Positions 38,897 to 52,921 of a stretch of DNA of 64,000 bases are shown here, piece by piece. The notes beneath the pieces are model-generated. The model was not told where the DNA came from. It saw only the letters and a list, made by a program, of their open reading frames with translations, and ran no database searches. Made by a program: the position numbers and the translations under genes. Positions within the stretch are counted from its first letter, which is position 1. Every line of letters begins with the position of its first letter. The stretch comes from Camelus dromedarius. Its lineage: Eukaryota. The DNA lies in assembly GCF_036321535.1 (NCBI RefSeq), contig NC_087437.1, positions 62,622,001 through 62,686,000 of the forward strand, read 5' to 3'.

Positions 38897-41800
38897 GAGA
38901 AAACAAAAGATCACCAGCAAGAATATCTTTAGTATAGTATATTTATAGGAATGCATAACTTGTGAGATGTACATTTTGAAGTTTCATCCATAACTTACAA
39001 CATTTACTGTAGTAATAATAACAAGACAGCAGGTCATCACTTTACAACATTACACATGAGTGATTTTGACTTACAAATAAAATATTTACAACCTACCTTT
39101 ACAAAACGACATTGTGTGCATACAAAATGAACAACTGCAGAAAAATTTAAAAAGAATGAGACAACCAAAAACCCAGAAGATACACTTAAGGCAGACCAGC
39201 AAGACACTGAAATAATTAAGGCTGTGGAATTCTTCTGCACCTTGAAAATATAGAGCTATTTATCAATACTGTGGAGTGATTTTAAATCAATTGTTACAAG
39301 CCTGATGGAAGTATGTACTTATATGTATATGTGTAATGGTCCCTATGGGGAAACCTGTCCACTTTTGGATAAGGCCCTTTATCTGAATGGCCAGAGAAAC
39401 CCATCCCTAACTCTCAAAATACTTGGTGGGGAGGAGTCACTCAAAACCAAGAGGTGCCAATGAAGTTTTCAAACCAACCATTAATAGTTCAAACATAAAG
39501 ATTCTCCTGACTCCAGATAGACAGAATAACCTTAATAACGGTCCCATTATGTTTCAAGCTTTGTTCATTTAGCTTTGCAGATGTCAATAGATAGCAAATA
39601 ATTCCCAAATGAGCAGACTCTAACTCTGCCCATCAGCCCTAATGGTTTTGAATGGCCTTAAATGGTTTTCTAATAGAAAAATTGACCCTCTGGGCTGTCT
39701 TCAAATGGATAGATTTCTGCATATGAGCAATAACATATACATACATATTATACACTATATACATGTACAGACGTACATATATCCGTATTTTCCAACAGTT
39801 TGCACTTTGATCACTACTGTTCTCTGACTAGGATCTCATTCTGAAGAATATGTTTAGCTTTTTCACAGTCTTCACATTTGTCCTAACTACTCGTTTTACT
39901 CACCTTCCCCATAGAGTAGGCTGAAGTTTGGCAGAAACAGAAGTAAAAGCACCAGGGTCAAAAAATCAAACACAGAGATGACAGATATGGCTTAAGTTAG
40001 TAAGAGAAGATGTATGTTCTGTTAACGTCAAATTCATAACCACAGTCTTTGAGATCCCAGTAACAGTCCCCATAAATACTCCAGGATGTGGATTCATTTC
40101 CTGATAGAAGTCAGGCACTGATGGAACTCTTATACTACGTATTCCTGGGCTAGCAAATTTGCTTGCTTAAGTTAAGCCTCAGGATTGGTGCTCTGAGAAT
40201 TGTTCTTTGCACTCTTTTCTACCACCTTCCCTTTTCTCAGCTATCCTCACCATCCAAAATAACAGTTGTCTGAATAAACAATTAATCTCGATCATTTGAA
40301 TCTGACCACATTTTAGAATCTCCCAGCAAACAGGCTGACAGGAAACACAATAGCCTATGAGTATTCATTTCAGGCTTTCCAGAAATGTCCCTTAAAGATG
40401 AAAATTTGTCTTAGAATAATTGCTTTTCCCTTTCCTCTATAACTTCTACATATATTGAAAACGAGGAAGAAATGCCTTTCATGGAAATTCTTTCTGTGTT
40501 CTACTGTTTTGGTATAGATTTCTCACATGAATAATATTCTCTGTGAAAAATATCTAATGCTATGGAAAATTTCAGCCCCTTTGACCTCCTAGAATTAATG
40601 AGACAACTAAAAGTCTTATAGTTTTTAGAAAACAGATATTAACATGGTAGCTCCTCTTTTATTAGTGGAGTATGTGTAAACCTTATCTTTCCTAACCCTG
40701 CCCTGGGTTTAATCATTCATTTCCAAGTGATCCCTAGATTTTAAATAGTTAAGAAAAACTGTAATGTAAATAAATCCAGTAAAAGCTCACATACTATGTT
40801 TGCCTAACCCAGACTCCACAGACATGCCACCCAGGAGAGAAAGAAATAAGGCCTGCGTTCCCCAAAGGAAGTGGTGAGTTCCACTTTTGCCCTACTATCA
40901 AATTCCTCCTCTATCAAATTCATGGGACAAAGTTTTGGTGAATACTCGGAAATAACCACCATCCAGTTTATAACATATTTGCTCCCTCATATTCTCACAA
41001 ATCTAAATTTCCATGCTCTTCCACATAGGCAAGAAAAAAGAATGACTGACTCACGGGCACTAAATCACGGAGAATATGGGGAAGCAAATATGCTGCTCCT
41101 GAAACACTTAATTATCAAAAAAAAAAAAAAAAAAGATCTAAGGTTTTCCCTCCAAAACCCAACAGTCCAATTCATTTCTACACCTGTGCATTCCATTTGC
41201 CTCTTATAATTGATGCCTGTGAGACTCTGAAGACATGAGTTGTGATATCAGAAATTATTTTATTCTCACATCTGCCCTCCCATAAGGAAAGTGGCTGTTT
41301 GGGTTCTTCTCTGTTAGTTTTTCCAGAGGCCAGCACTTGAGAAGAGAGCCATGGTTGCTTTGGAGGGCATCTCGCTCTTCGCTTCTGCCGTAAGACATAC
41401 CGGAGAAAACAGTTTACTGACAAAGACCTCACCACCCCTCCTAACCTTTTTCTGTAGACAAGCTTTTAAGTGATCAAAATTACAGCCTAAGACCAAATAA
41501 CATTCAGACAAAGAGCACCTAGTACTTCCAATGAAAATCAATTTACAGAATTTAATCTCATGAGTTTGCCAATGGTATCTAAAGATGTGAATATTGAAAT
41601 CCTGCAATGTTCCAAGTTACTATTGACAAAATCCTTAGCACTGGCAGTGTATAGCACTTAAAAAAAATTAAAGTATTTTCTAGACATCCCAACTAAGGTA
41701 TTTTCCCAACATTCATATGAGATTAATTCCTCTCTCCTTCCCCCCAACTCCCATTTTAACAATGGGCACATTTGGGGCAGAAAAAAACAAAGACTTTCTG

Positions 41801-43441
41801 TAAGAAAGGACGAATCAGGAATAGCTGAGGTTGAAACTCAAGAATTCCTGGGCTCACCCTATGTTCAGATGGTTTCATTTAAAAGATATTTTAAAATAAA
41901 GGAAAAATGCTGTAATATCAGTCAGTCTAAATACAATGAACTTCTTTATCTCCCATCTTCCCCTCTGAAAGGCACTACTGTTTATAAAGACTTTGTGAAC
42001 CACAAAGCAGTGAAGCCAGCTTCTCCTCTGTTTTCTCTACTCCCCCAAGAGTGTTTATGGCTGTGAGAGACCTGAAGGGCACCTCCAACATTACAATTTT
42101 TTTCTTCAAAATTTTCTCACATTCAGCTGTAAGTGGATATAAATCTAATTGGAAACAATGGTAAAAGATGCCATAAACTATTATACCTTTAAAAAATTAT
42201 TGTGGTCCCTGATCTTTTCCTTCTTTCTGCATCCCGCAAAACAAAACAAAACAAAATACCCCAAATCAGATGCAACGAATATAAGCCAAGTAAGAAGCTT
42301 GCAACTTTAATTAAAATTTATTTTTCCCGTTTTAACTAGAAATTCACTCTTACTAATTCCTTGTTACATTTGGATTTCAAGAACTACGATAATTAGGTAG
42401 AAGTGGACTATTTTCTTGCCTCTCCCCTCTTCTCTACCACAAAGTCATAAATACCTCTGCCAAAATAGATACAAGAAAGTGGTTCCTAACCCTTCAGCCC
42501 TCTCCACAGTTGACCACAGAGCAACCTAAAGTATGTTTTCCTCATCTTCTGGGATTCCTTGTGATTTCCAACTTGCTATGGAGAATTCTCGAATCAGGAA
42601 CACTATCCTATCCCTGCTGGGAGGGACCAGGAGCTTTGCAGACAGGGAGCCGCCCTACTAGTTTTCTTCAGTTATCATGCTATATAAAATATACACCCTT
42701 TCTCTTGGGGCCTCTATTAAATTCATTCTACTCTAATGATTGTATGTTGGCGCCAGTGAACAAAATCCTACTACTTTTCATCCCTCTGTCCCTCCTCTCC
42801 TGTCTCCGCACTTCCCCAGCATGTGTACTTGGGGAGGAGGATTCCACACAGCCTCCCATCTGGACCATTCCCACTCTGATGTAAAAGCTGTTATAAAAGC
42901 TTTGGCTCTAACATTCTCCTAACTGCCCTCCCCACAGCATGATTTCGTCAGTGCTCTCCTGTGCAGTCTGTACACCACTGTCCTTCTCCAGCAGAAACTC
43001 AGCTTGTCTCCTCCAGGGTCATAAAAACTCACAGTGACTCAGCCGGGGGCCCTTTAGTCATTGTCCACAGTGGACAGAGCAGATCTTGCCAAGCCATCCT
43101 GCATAGATACTTGGAATCCTCAGTGCCTGTGATCTATCCTATGATGAGCTCCAGGGACCAGCCTTTCTTCTTTTATGTTCCATCTTATCATGAAGACATG
43201 TTTACTAAAAGACTTTTCAGTAAATAATTTTAAATTTCAAAATACTGTATCACATAGTATTTGTATATACATGAAGACTGTGAAGGTTAGTCAAGAGAAA
43301 GGTCTGAGGAAGGGAGCGTTGGTGACCCAGGACCATTCGAAAGCGAGGAAACAAATACAGTCGGAGTCAGTTTCCACGTATTTGGTTAATCCTGAAAATA
43401 CATAAGTGCTATCTAGTCTTATTGCTTGTACTTTCTACTAT

Positions 43442-43447
43442 TTTATT
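43442..43447 (-). terminator. Candidate proximal KALRN poly(A) signal
   Basis: AATAAA on the minus strand 1.76 kb after the stop; another lies at 44296-44301. Confidence 0.5.
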
Positions 43448-45204
43448 AATCTATAATCTTGGATGGGATGAGGTGGAGGGTAGATGAGGAAGTTGACTTT
43501 GAAACCAATGGAAAAGAATGATGAATATTTTTAGTTCTACATTTCCACTGCGGGAGTGTTTTTAAGGTTCAGGCTTCGTTTCCATCATTCTTTCTCATTT
43601 AGATAGGTTTGTAGTTCTATTTATCCTTCGTAAACTCTCTCCTTGCACTTCTGTGCTGCGTGATTTTAATTTTCTCAGTCCTAGTATAGGAGAGAGGCAA
43701 TGCCATTAAACCTGATTGGGACGAACACTTGAGTTATATTTTTTAAATATCATTTGCATAACAACAATTTTTAAAACACATCCTAGGAAACAAATGGTGG
43801 ATCATGTACAAACACAAAAACAAAAACTCCTTCCCAAAAAGCAAAAAGAAAGAAACCATGGAATGCCCAGGTGTAAATTTTTTTTCCACCAGTGGAAAAA
43901 ATGGGCAATTCATAATCATCTTGTACGGAGAATATACACCGGAAAGCAGCGTTGGCCTCAAAGTGCAAGTAGTCCTTTTAGTCCAGGGAAACACTGGCGG
44001 CTGAACGGTGATAGGATTTGCGATTGCAATTAAAACGCAATGCTCTGATAGGGTGATGTATCAGATATTATTCCATGGCTTCAAAAAGGACTTGGGACCA
44101 GGCCTTTAGAAGACCTATATGGCTGCCTCCTTTTGGTAAGCACCCCTTTGCTTCCACAAAGGGTTAGAAATAAAGCAGGCCAGCTTTCTGAGGACTGCGC
44201 TGTGCAGCTGCAGAAGACATCAGAAAGTGTGGTTTTTTACGTTGTTCACAGGCATTATAGGAAAGGTTTCTATTTGCACTTTTGTATGAACCTGTTTTAT
44301 TCATTATCTATTTCAAACCAAGAGTAGACATAAAAATAGCCCCACAACTCTTACTGTATTTGGACTCATTTCTTAGCAGGCTTTCCTGCCAGATGAACTC
44401 TGAGCTGCCAGTGAATCTGGGGGTAGCATTTCATAAACAGAACCTATGTGAGTCAAATACCTGTGACTGAGAGAAAAATCTTCTCGTTCACAGATTGCAA
44501 AAGGGTAACATTGCTTTCTCTTAATGCACAGGTTCTAGTAAAAGAATTCTATACAAGATTTAAAAAATGCTCTAAAAAACCTGTCATCTAATTGTGCTTC
44601 GTCAAAACAATATAATGCTTCGGTAAATAAGTTATTGTCTTAACTGGAGCACTCAAAGTTACTTATGATTGATTTCATATATATCTCTATATTATAAAAC
44701 TCTGAAAACGGAATGGAATATATTTTACCGTATGTGTATATGTATCCTATTAAGAAACTATATCTAAGTAATCTACACCAGAATAATTGACATACATGAC
44801 ATCTCTGTTAAATAGAATTTTTTCTTAAAATTTCAGCAAAGGCAGAAATCTTTTATACTCACGACAGTCAGTTTAAGTTTTGTCCAGTTAACCTCTCATT
44901 TTGGAACTCACAATTAGAATTTCATAACAGCTACTGTTCCTGTTACCTTTGCCTTGCTTTTGAATACTTTCTGTGACTCAGCATCTGTATCCCGTCTGAA
45001 TGACCTTCTGGAAAGTCCCTAGATTTGGGGCGATCTTAGTGCCTCTCAGACCCTGAATAACCACTGACAAGGTATAAGAGGTACACCTCTCAATCCAGAG
45101 AACCATGTAGAGTGAAATAATGAACAGAATTATTTACAGACACATTCAGTCTTGCTTTGGCTCACACTGCACTTCCATGTGAAACCTCGGGGCCTGCAAG
45201 ATGG

Positions 45205-45750
45205 CTATGTCCCTTGGTTCACCCGGTTGACAATGTAGCTCTTGACGTTGGGAACAGGCCGCACATCGTTCTGATGCTTGCGGCGCTCTATGAAGCACGC
45301 CAGGCGGGAGGTGTCCAGGGGGATCTTGGAGTAGCTGCCGTTGTGGGGCTGCAGCCACGGATGCTGCAGGCAGGTGGCTGCTGTGGGACGCCTGCGAAAG
45401 TCTTCCTGTAAGATCACATTGATGAAATCTCTGGCGGCATTGCTCACACCGCAGAAGTATTCATGGGGGAAGCTGAAGTCCACCCTGCATACATTGATAC
45501 ATGTCTCCTCCTTGCTCTCATCCAAGAAGGGGGAGACCCCGCTCAGCATGACATATGTCAAGACTCCGATGCTCCAGATGTCGGTGCCCAGGGACACAGG
45601 GATGCCTTGGATCACTTCCGGGGCAGCAAACTCAGGGTTCCCCAGAAGGTGGTGGATGTGGAAGTGACCTGAGATCTGGACAGCATCCTCCAAGTCAATG
45701 AGCTTCACTCGAGGCACTGGAATCCGTAGGTCAATGAGCAGGTTTTCAGG
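45205..45750 (-). CDS. KALRN: Kalirin terminal coding exon (kinase C-lobe and C-terminus)
   Basis: Acceptor ccacag. Translates PENLLIDLRIPVPRVKLIDLEDAVQ...GNPEFAAPE...DIWSIGV...VNRVNQGT then TAG. Confidence 0.98.
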   Translation of the reverse strand, partial: PENLLIDLRIPVPRVKLIDLEDAVQISGHFHIHHLLGNPEFAAPEVIQGIPVSLGTDIWSIGVLTYVMLSGVSPFLDESKEETCINVCRVDFSFPHEYFCGVSNAARDFINVILQEDFRRRPTAATCLQHPWLQPHNGSYSKIPLDTSRLACFIERRKHQNDVRPVPNVKSYIVNRVNQGT

Positions 45751-46324
45751 CTGTGGAGATCCAAGGAGGTGGGGAGAAGAGAAGGCAAGTTCAGCTCTCT
45801 GTTCTGACTACCAGGAGGACTCCATCCGTTCAAACATGGTTCTGCTATTCTTTGATCAAGCCTGTCGTGTATGGGACATTTCCTATGCAGAGTGCCCAGG
45901 AGGCTTCAAACTGAACTAAATTCTGAGTTTGGATGGGACTTCAGAAAAGTTGGACATTGAAAATCACGTCTTCTTAACTAGCCCTTACTTCTGCACTGAA
46001 TTAAGAAAAGGTAAATTCTTTATTTTGGAAAACAGGAGTTTCTTTTTTGAGCACCATGATAAGGAAGGTGACATTTATTGGATTCCTTCTATAGAGTCAG
46101 ACAAAGTGGCTAAAGCTTCCCTACCTTCTCTTACCCCAGAGGTCATGTGACTCTGGTGTGTTCTTATTCACTCACAAATAACACACAAATTGTGTGACAA
46201 CCCAATATTCACAGAGACTTTAATGTCAGTTAAAAAAATAAAATAAGAATTTACATCCCTCAAGGGTAATGACTGGCAGGTTGGACTTAACCATTCCCCT
46301 GCTAGGGTCGCTATTTCTTATTAC

Positions 46325-46463
46325 CTTTATGTCCAAATGTGCAACCCTGCAGTTGTGAAGGTACTGTAGGGCTTCCATGATGTCTCGGATGTAGAAAGCT
46401 ACTTTTTCTTCCATCAGCTCATCATGATTCATAAGGTAGTCTAAGAGCCGGCCGTCATCCATC
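46325..46463 (-). CDS. KALRN: Kalirin kinase exon (catalytic loop)
   Basis: MDDGRLLDYLMNHDELMEEKVAFYIRDIMEALQYLHNCRVAHLDIK; 139 nt, GT-AG. Confidence 0.98.
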
Positions 46464-47019
46464 CTGAAAATAGGGAGGAAAAGGCAAAGGAAATATGCTT
46501 GCAAAGAAACAGAAAAATAGTACACATACAAATCTGTAAGATGTCTAAGATTTCTCGCACTCTCTCTTATAAATGAAGATCCACATTGCAACACGTGCAT
46601 ATTTTAGTTACAGCCCACAGTTAGCACAATGTTCAGAACTTGTATTAAGAAAATAAATGAATGTGTGCTTCAGGGAAGAAATCTGTATAAATTTAAGACA
46701 CATTCTGTTTTGTGAACTTCTGAAATTGCTTACAGGGAAAAAGGTCTGACACTCCTTTAAGACAGGTTAGATTGCATAACAGAGAAAGGAGGGAGAGAGC
46801 CAGTGCACTCTTGCAATCGTCTGAGTAACTGGAATCTGGAGACTGCAAGGCATCCCGCGTATGTTTTGCAAATTGCTTTTACTTGTCAACGTTTAGTTAG
46901 GGAAAAACAGAAAGTAGGCAAAGTTTGACCTTGGCATTCCTGACCCCTTTTTGAATCGTTTCCCTCTTGGGCAACTTTCCAACCTTAAAACTGTGACTGA
47001 GAAGCTGGTACCAGGAGCC

Positions 47020-47250
47020 AACCAGACCTAGATTTGAATCCTGGTTCTGCCACTTACAGGCAGGGGGCTTGGAGCAAGTCACTTAAGCTCTCTGTGTTTT
47101 GGTTTCTTCATCTTTTAAGTAGGAGTAGTAACAACAACAACAACAATGTCTATTTCATTATGAGGACTGTGCAAGGATCAAGTGAGACAGTGAGGCATTT
47201 AAGCATAATTGGTAGCAACAGTATGTGCTCAACAAATGGCAACTATCTTC
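47020..47250 (+). mobile_element. MIR SINE with (AAC)n
   Basis: tttgaatcctggttctgccacttac...gcaagtcacttaagctctctgtg...tgctcaacaaatggcaactat. Confidence 0.8.
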
Positions 47251-47879
47251 AGGGGCCCTGTGCCCTCTTGAGCGGGGAGTGACCAGTTGTCAGGCAGCTG
47301 TTCTCTAACATGCACTGGGCTGATAGAGGCCAATTCCCAGGAGAGGCCCAGGCAGAGGAACTTGAGCCAGAAACTACTTTTGAGCACAGCTGACAACCCC
47401 CTGCCAAGTTTCCATTCTCTTCCCTCGCTTGTTCCTTCCCACTGGTCTCACCTCCTGCTTTCCTTGACAGGAGCACAGGCTAGGACCAAGGGAAGCCTTC
47501 TTTGCCTTCCTCTGACCCTGCCAGGCTGGGGTGGGAGTGGTGAGCATGGAGGAGAGTAGGACTGGGCTTGTTAGATGCATCTCTCTGACCTTCTTGGAGT
47601 GATTTGAGAGAAGTTAAGTGTGGAACTGCTTGGAGACCAGAAAGTCTCAGCCACCAAGTTCACCCTTAGAGCTCTTGGGTAATGCAGACACCCAAGCCCC
47701 ACCTGAGACTAAGGGATCAGAACCTCAGTTGCCTGATGGAGAAAAGCTCTACCAGCCATTGGATGGCCACCAAAGGGGTACCCACAGTCATGGCATAACC
47801 AAGAGTTAGCCCAGGGGCTAGCTCCAGCACTGCCTCTCCTCTAGTCACCCCTGAACCTCAAATCAGGCCAAGTTCCTCT

Positions 47880-48210
47880 CTATGTTCTCACCACAAACCT
47901 CTCCAAAATATGCATTTACCATGCTATGTTGAAATCACTCATTTATCTATAGACTTCCTCATTAGACATAACTCCTCAAGGTCAAGAACTAGAACTTCTC
48001 ATCTTTGTTTCTGCTACCCAGGCCCAGGTCTACACAGTGAGTGCTCAGTAAGTGTTTGATAAACTAGTTCAGTGCAATATTCATCTAATTTAATCCCTGC
48101 AACATCTCTGAGAAGTGGAAATACTTCTTCAGACTTCCCAGATGAGGCCCAGGAAAATAAGTCCATTGCCCCAAATCACAGAGCGGGGATTAGAACCCAG
48201 GTTCTCCATG
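47880..48210. mobile_element. L2 3' relic followed by an antisense MIR
   Basis: tagacataactcctcaaggtcaagaac...gtgctcagtaagtgtttg, then cagatgagg...gcggggattagaacccagg. Confidence 0.6.
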
Positions 48211-49189
48211 CCAAGAACAGCTTCTCTCCAATATTCTGTGGTGGCCTGGTAATCAACACCTTCCCTTGGGATGGTAATTGGCAAGTCTGAAGGGGCAGAG
48301 GTTCTGGGTCTGCTGTACCACTTTGGCACACAGGTGACAATACCTTTTACTGGGACTCAAGTACAACACATTGTCACTTGTACACAAGGATAGTTCCCTG
48401 TTGACAGAATGTGCCTTGTGAGTTAGAAAGCGCTCAACAAACAGGTTAGGCTCTGAAAGGCTTTCTGTAAGTGTATTTATGAAGTCCAAAATGACAATCT
48501 TACCAGCTACTACACAGCTATAGAAAGTCAAGTATCACAAAAGGATTACAAATACTAACAGTGATGGTTTTGTTTCCTCTTGTTTCTTTTCAACTAATTA
48601 AAAAATGTGGTCTAAGATGTCTTCATTTTGGCTTTTTTTCATCATAAATTTATGGTAAGTTACTGCTTCAAAGCCCCCCACACACACACACACCTAGATT
48701 AATAAACACCCAAAAGCAAGACGAAAATGAGAGTTGAAAAGCAGTAAATAGAGGGCTTCTCTATTGAACGTAGGTTCACGTGGAGCCATATACGGCACTG
48801 ATCTTTGGTGTAAATGTCTCCAGGGCCAGGGCCTCCTCAGTTCTAATCAAGTAACATTTCCATGAGGGCTCAGTACTCCTGAAAAGGCTGTTCTCTTTAG
48901 CCTCTGTAAGATTTCTCTTCCCACTTTGATTTTATTGCTCTGTGCTGGGGCCCAGTACGTGGCCCCAAGTATACGGTTGCCTGAGTTCTTAGAAATTCTG
49001 GAATGAGAGATAAGATTCTATCCTTAAAGGAATTTCTTGGGTGGTAGATTGGGGATGTTGGGCAGTGGATGGATGCACAAGCTCTTCTCTTTCATTTCAA
49101 CCACCCCTGTCAATAAGCCCATTGTCAATAAGCTTTTCCTAAATCCCTGCCCAGCCCAAGAGCCCACAAGAGAAAGAAAATGAAAAATG

Positions 49190-49380
49190 AAGTGAGAGAG
49201 ATATGGGTTCAAGTCCCAGCTTCTCCATTTCCTAGTTCTAAGGAACTAGTTCTAATGACCTTCCTTCTCCTTAATTATCTAATGTATAAAACGGGAATAA
49301 CATTTTTATACAATGGAGGGGAGAGTGCCTGTTACATGCAACACTTTGTAAACGAGAAGACACTGTATAAAATGTAACTG
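49190..49380 (+). mobile_element. MIR SINE
   Basis: gggttcaagtcccagcttctcca...tataaaacgggaataa...ctgtataaaatgtaa. Confidence 0.55.
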
Positions 49381-49456
49381 CCTTTTCCATTAATTGTGGG
49401 CAATAAATAACCCAAACAGCTGGGGACCACTCTGAAGAGATGACACCTGTACTTAC

Positions 49457-49657
49457 AGTTCTAAAATCAGGATGTAGGAAGTGGGGGACTCGTAGGTGTC
49501 ATGGAGAGTGATGTACTGGGGGTGCTGCAGGTGCTGAAGTAGGGCGGCCTCATGGGCAGCCTGCTCTTTTTTCTTCATTTTTTTGCTAACAAATTTCACA
49601 GCGACATCTTTGCGAGTAGCTTTGTGAATGCACTTCTTTACTATGGAGAAACGGCCT
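49457..49657 (-). CDS. KALRN: Kalirin kinase exon (N-lobe)
   Basis: GRFSIVKKCIHKATRKDVAVKFV...HEAALLQHLQHPQYITLHDTYESPTSYILILEL; 201 nt, GT-AG. Confidence 0.98.
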
Positions 49658-50039
49658 CTGGAAAACAAAAGGGAAAAAGTGTTTTGCTAAGATTCCTCAA
49701 TTAGCTCGGTATCATTTTATTCAAGGATGTGTAAAGTTTTATTTGAAGCAGTCAGACAGTGACATTTCATTAGGAATCCTGTTTTCCTGTATTTTTAATT
49801 ATATTATCATTTACAAAAACCTTGTTTCCGTCCTTAGCATTGTAGGGTTCTTTGAGATGCGAAAAACTAAATAACATTTTTAGTCAATGTATTTCTCTGT
49901 CATTTTGATCATTAAGCACAGGTTCAGTTTTCTTTTCTAAGAGTATATTTCTATATTTCTGTAAAATACAACAGTAACAATATTAAAGTAGGAGGAATTC
50001 TGCTCTATAATTTCAAAACATTTTTAAAGAGGTAGTATT

Positions 50040-52690
50040 TTTTCATTTTATTTTGTATTTATGATCCTTTTATTATGGAAAATTTCCAGTACACACAGAA
50101 GTAGAGAATAGTGTAACAGATCTATACACCCAGCAGCCAGTTTCAATAACTATCAACATTTTACCAGCCTTCATCTATCCTCTTCCTACCTCCTGCCTTT
50201 TTTTTCTGGGGTGTTTTAAGTGTATCTTATTTCTCGCATAAATACTTAGTTTGCATCTCTAGCTGACAAGGACATTTAAAAATATATAACCACTGTGTCA
50301 TTTTCACATCTAGCAAAATTAGTTATGCCTGAAGTAGAATGGTTCCTAGACTCACCTGCAGGCCTTTGGAAGGTGGTAAGAGAGTGAAATGGAAGGAAGA
50401 AGTTGAGAGATGGAAGCTCGAAGAGGTGGCACAGCAGCACCATCCAAGGCCTGTCCCAGAGGTGCCCTCACCCAGGGTCTGAAGGGCAGGCCACCCTTCT
50501 AGCAGAAATGGATGCATCAGACACCACGGCCACCACTAAGGTTGTCCAACTGACTCCTTGGCCTGGCTCTGTGTTCATCAAGCAACTTCTGATAATGATA
50601 ATTTTTTTTTTTCTGCTATAGATTTTCCCCAAAGAAGAGAATGCCCTAATCAATGAAGCAAATATTTGACAAATATTAATTGAAAGCCTATTATATGCCA
50701 GACATCATTCTTGGCATAGTAAACAAGTATTTGGTCAAATGGGGGATTCTATTTTATATCATCAATTAATAAATTGCCATTCTGGGTTTTGGACAGCACT
50801 CTCTCTTGTTTGTTTATTATAGGTGACTCCTTCCGGAGGACTTTGGATACAGGGAAACAACTGATGGCTGAGGAGAGGGCACCTGAATTAGTGGCTATGT
50901 CAAAGTACTGCTACCTTAATTTTTAAAAAACATTTTGTGTTATCAAAGTTATACATCCCCATGGTTTAAAAAGTCAATTAACTTTAATAAGCTTTGTTAT
51001 TAAAAGCAACAGTATCTCATCCTTCACCTGTCCCCACTTTAACTTCCCCTTGAGGTAGTTTAATATAACAGTTTAATATATTTTGCTGATTATTTAGGTA
51101 TTTATTTCTATGACACTAAATACAGTATGTTTTGTGTGGCTACATCTTGATTTTTCAGTTTTAATTATTATCTGTTGACATCTCATTATGGAAGATGAGA
51201 TTTTAGTCTCTTTCCTTCCTTTGTCCCCACCACATAAGCACTTTTCTCATCCTCTGTCCTCCCAAGAGAACTATTTTGTAATCAGTATTCATTGTTCCCA
51301 TTACTGCAGCTATGTCAGTGCTGCTCACAGCTGAACCTCTAGTAAATTATGACTATTTTTCCCTTTTTTGATAAAATGCATTCTTCAATCATTTCTAGCA
51401 AAAAGTGCACGGGAAGTAAGTCATTTGAGATTTGCATATCTAAAATGTTCTTTTATACATTTAGACTTGATTGTATGTTTGGCTGCACATAATTCTGGTA
51501 AAAACTTTTGAAGGAATTATTCTATTGCTTTCTAACTTCTAGGATGATTGATGATGTTAACTGTTAATGTCCAAAGCATTATGAATCCTTTGCATAGGAC
51601 CCATATAAAAATATTTAGCTCTCTCCTCACCGAGATTTCCCGCATATTCTTTAGCTCAAATGGACCCTTTTTGTAGTTCCTCTGGCCAGAAAGATGGAAT
51701 TCCATCAGAGTTTTAGCCTCTTGCATCACCATACACTTCTTCATGAATGCCCTTGGTAAAGCAGTAAGAGAAAGAAGAAGGGAAAAATAGGAATCTCCCT
51801 GCTCTCTTCCTGTCTTTTGGCATAAGGATGGGTTTCTCTTGGAGATTTTGCTCTCTGTGCATGCTGCATAGTTCCTTGATTTTGGCCCACCTTTGGTCAA
51901 AGCCAGGAGATCAAGGAGAAAAAAGAAAAACCCGAAAACCTCAAAAAAACCAGAAAATTCCCTTCCACTGTCTTTGTATTTTGCAGGTGTTAACTTCCCT
52001 CCCCAATCTCCCTGTTACTTACTTTTCAGAATCCTCGGGTAGTTAATATTTGCATTTTGCCCAAGGATTCTAGTTCTAATCAGTGAGAGGGAAAGGCTAC
52101 AATGGGCTTATTCCTTCTTGGCCAGCATCAAAAGTTGTCTTCTTTTAAAAGTTGGGGACTACAAAGCTGTTTGGAAGTTCTGAGTGTGGGGGTGGAGCCT
52201 GTCAAGTTGACCTTCACTACAGGGTGATCTGAAGGGACTATTTAGTTGGGGGAAAATCCAAAGTCAGTATCTTTAAATCTTTCCTCTTGAGCTGGTCAGG
52301 TTCCCCAGAGAAAGACTCTCTTACTTTTCTGCCTAGAAGATGAAGCCTTGGCTGTCCACCTCTGGAGGCCTGGTGGGTAAGAGAGCAGTGGTCTTCAGCA
52401 TCTAGCATTTATATGTCCTCATTAATGTCCTGTTGGGAGTGGAGTTCCATTTGCTCGCAGCTGTGCTTGTGTCCCTGAGAACAGAGGCATTCTGCCTTAC
52501 CCTTCCCGGAGGATGGTTTTCCTGGACTTGGAAGGACAATCATATAACTACCCGAAGCTGGGGTGGAGATCTGGAGCCACAGCTTCTTCTCAAACAAGGT
52601 TCAGACAGTCTTTCCAATTTTAGCATCTTCCTAAGACACATTTCCAGAGGTACTGGATGCTGCCAGGACCCAAGCCTTCAGGGAATTTTC
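50040..52690 (-). mobile_element. Patchwork of ancient L1M fragments
   Basis: ttttattatggaaaatttccagtacacacagaagtagagaatagtgtaac and ttgagatttgcatatctaaaatg...ttggctg segments. Discontinuous; boundaries are approximate. Confidence 0.5.
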
Positions 52691-52711
52691 TGCTGCAAAA
52701 GTTATACTGGC

Positions 52712-52921
52712 TTTGAAGATACTAACTAATATACATAAAATAGATAAACAACAAGTTCATACTGTACAGCACAGGCAACTATATTCAATATCTTGTAATA
52801 TCCTATGGTGAAAAAGAATATAACAAATACATGTATGTTCCTATACCCCTGAAGTATTGTGCTGCACACTAGACATTGACACTACATTGTAAACTGACTA
52901 TACTTCAATTAAAAAAAAAAA
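52712..52921 (+). mobile_element. Young 5'-truncated L1 3' end with poly(A)
   Basis: Ends cattgtaaactgactatacttcaatt(a)11. TSD aaaagttatactggc (52697-52711) / aaaagtgatactggc (52918-52932). Confidence 0.9.
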
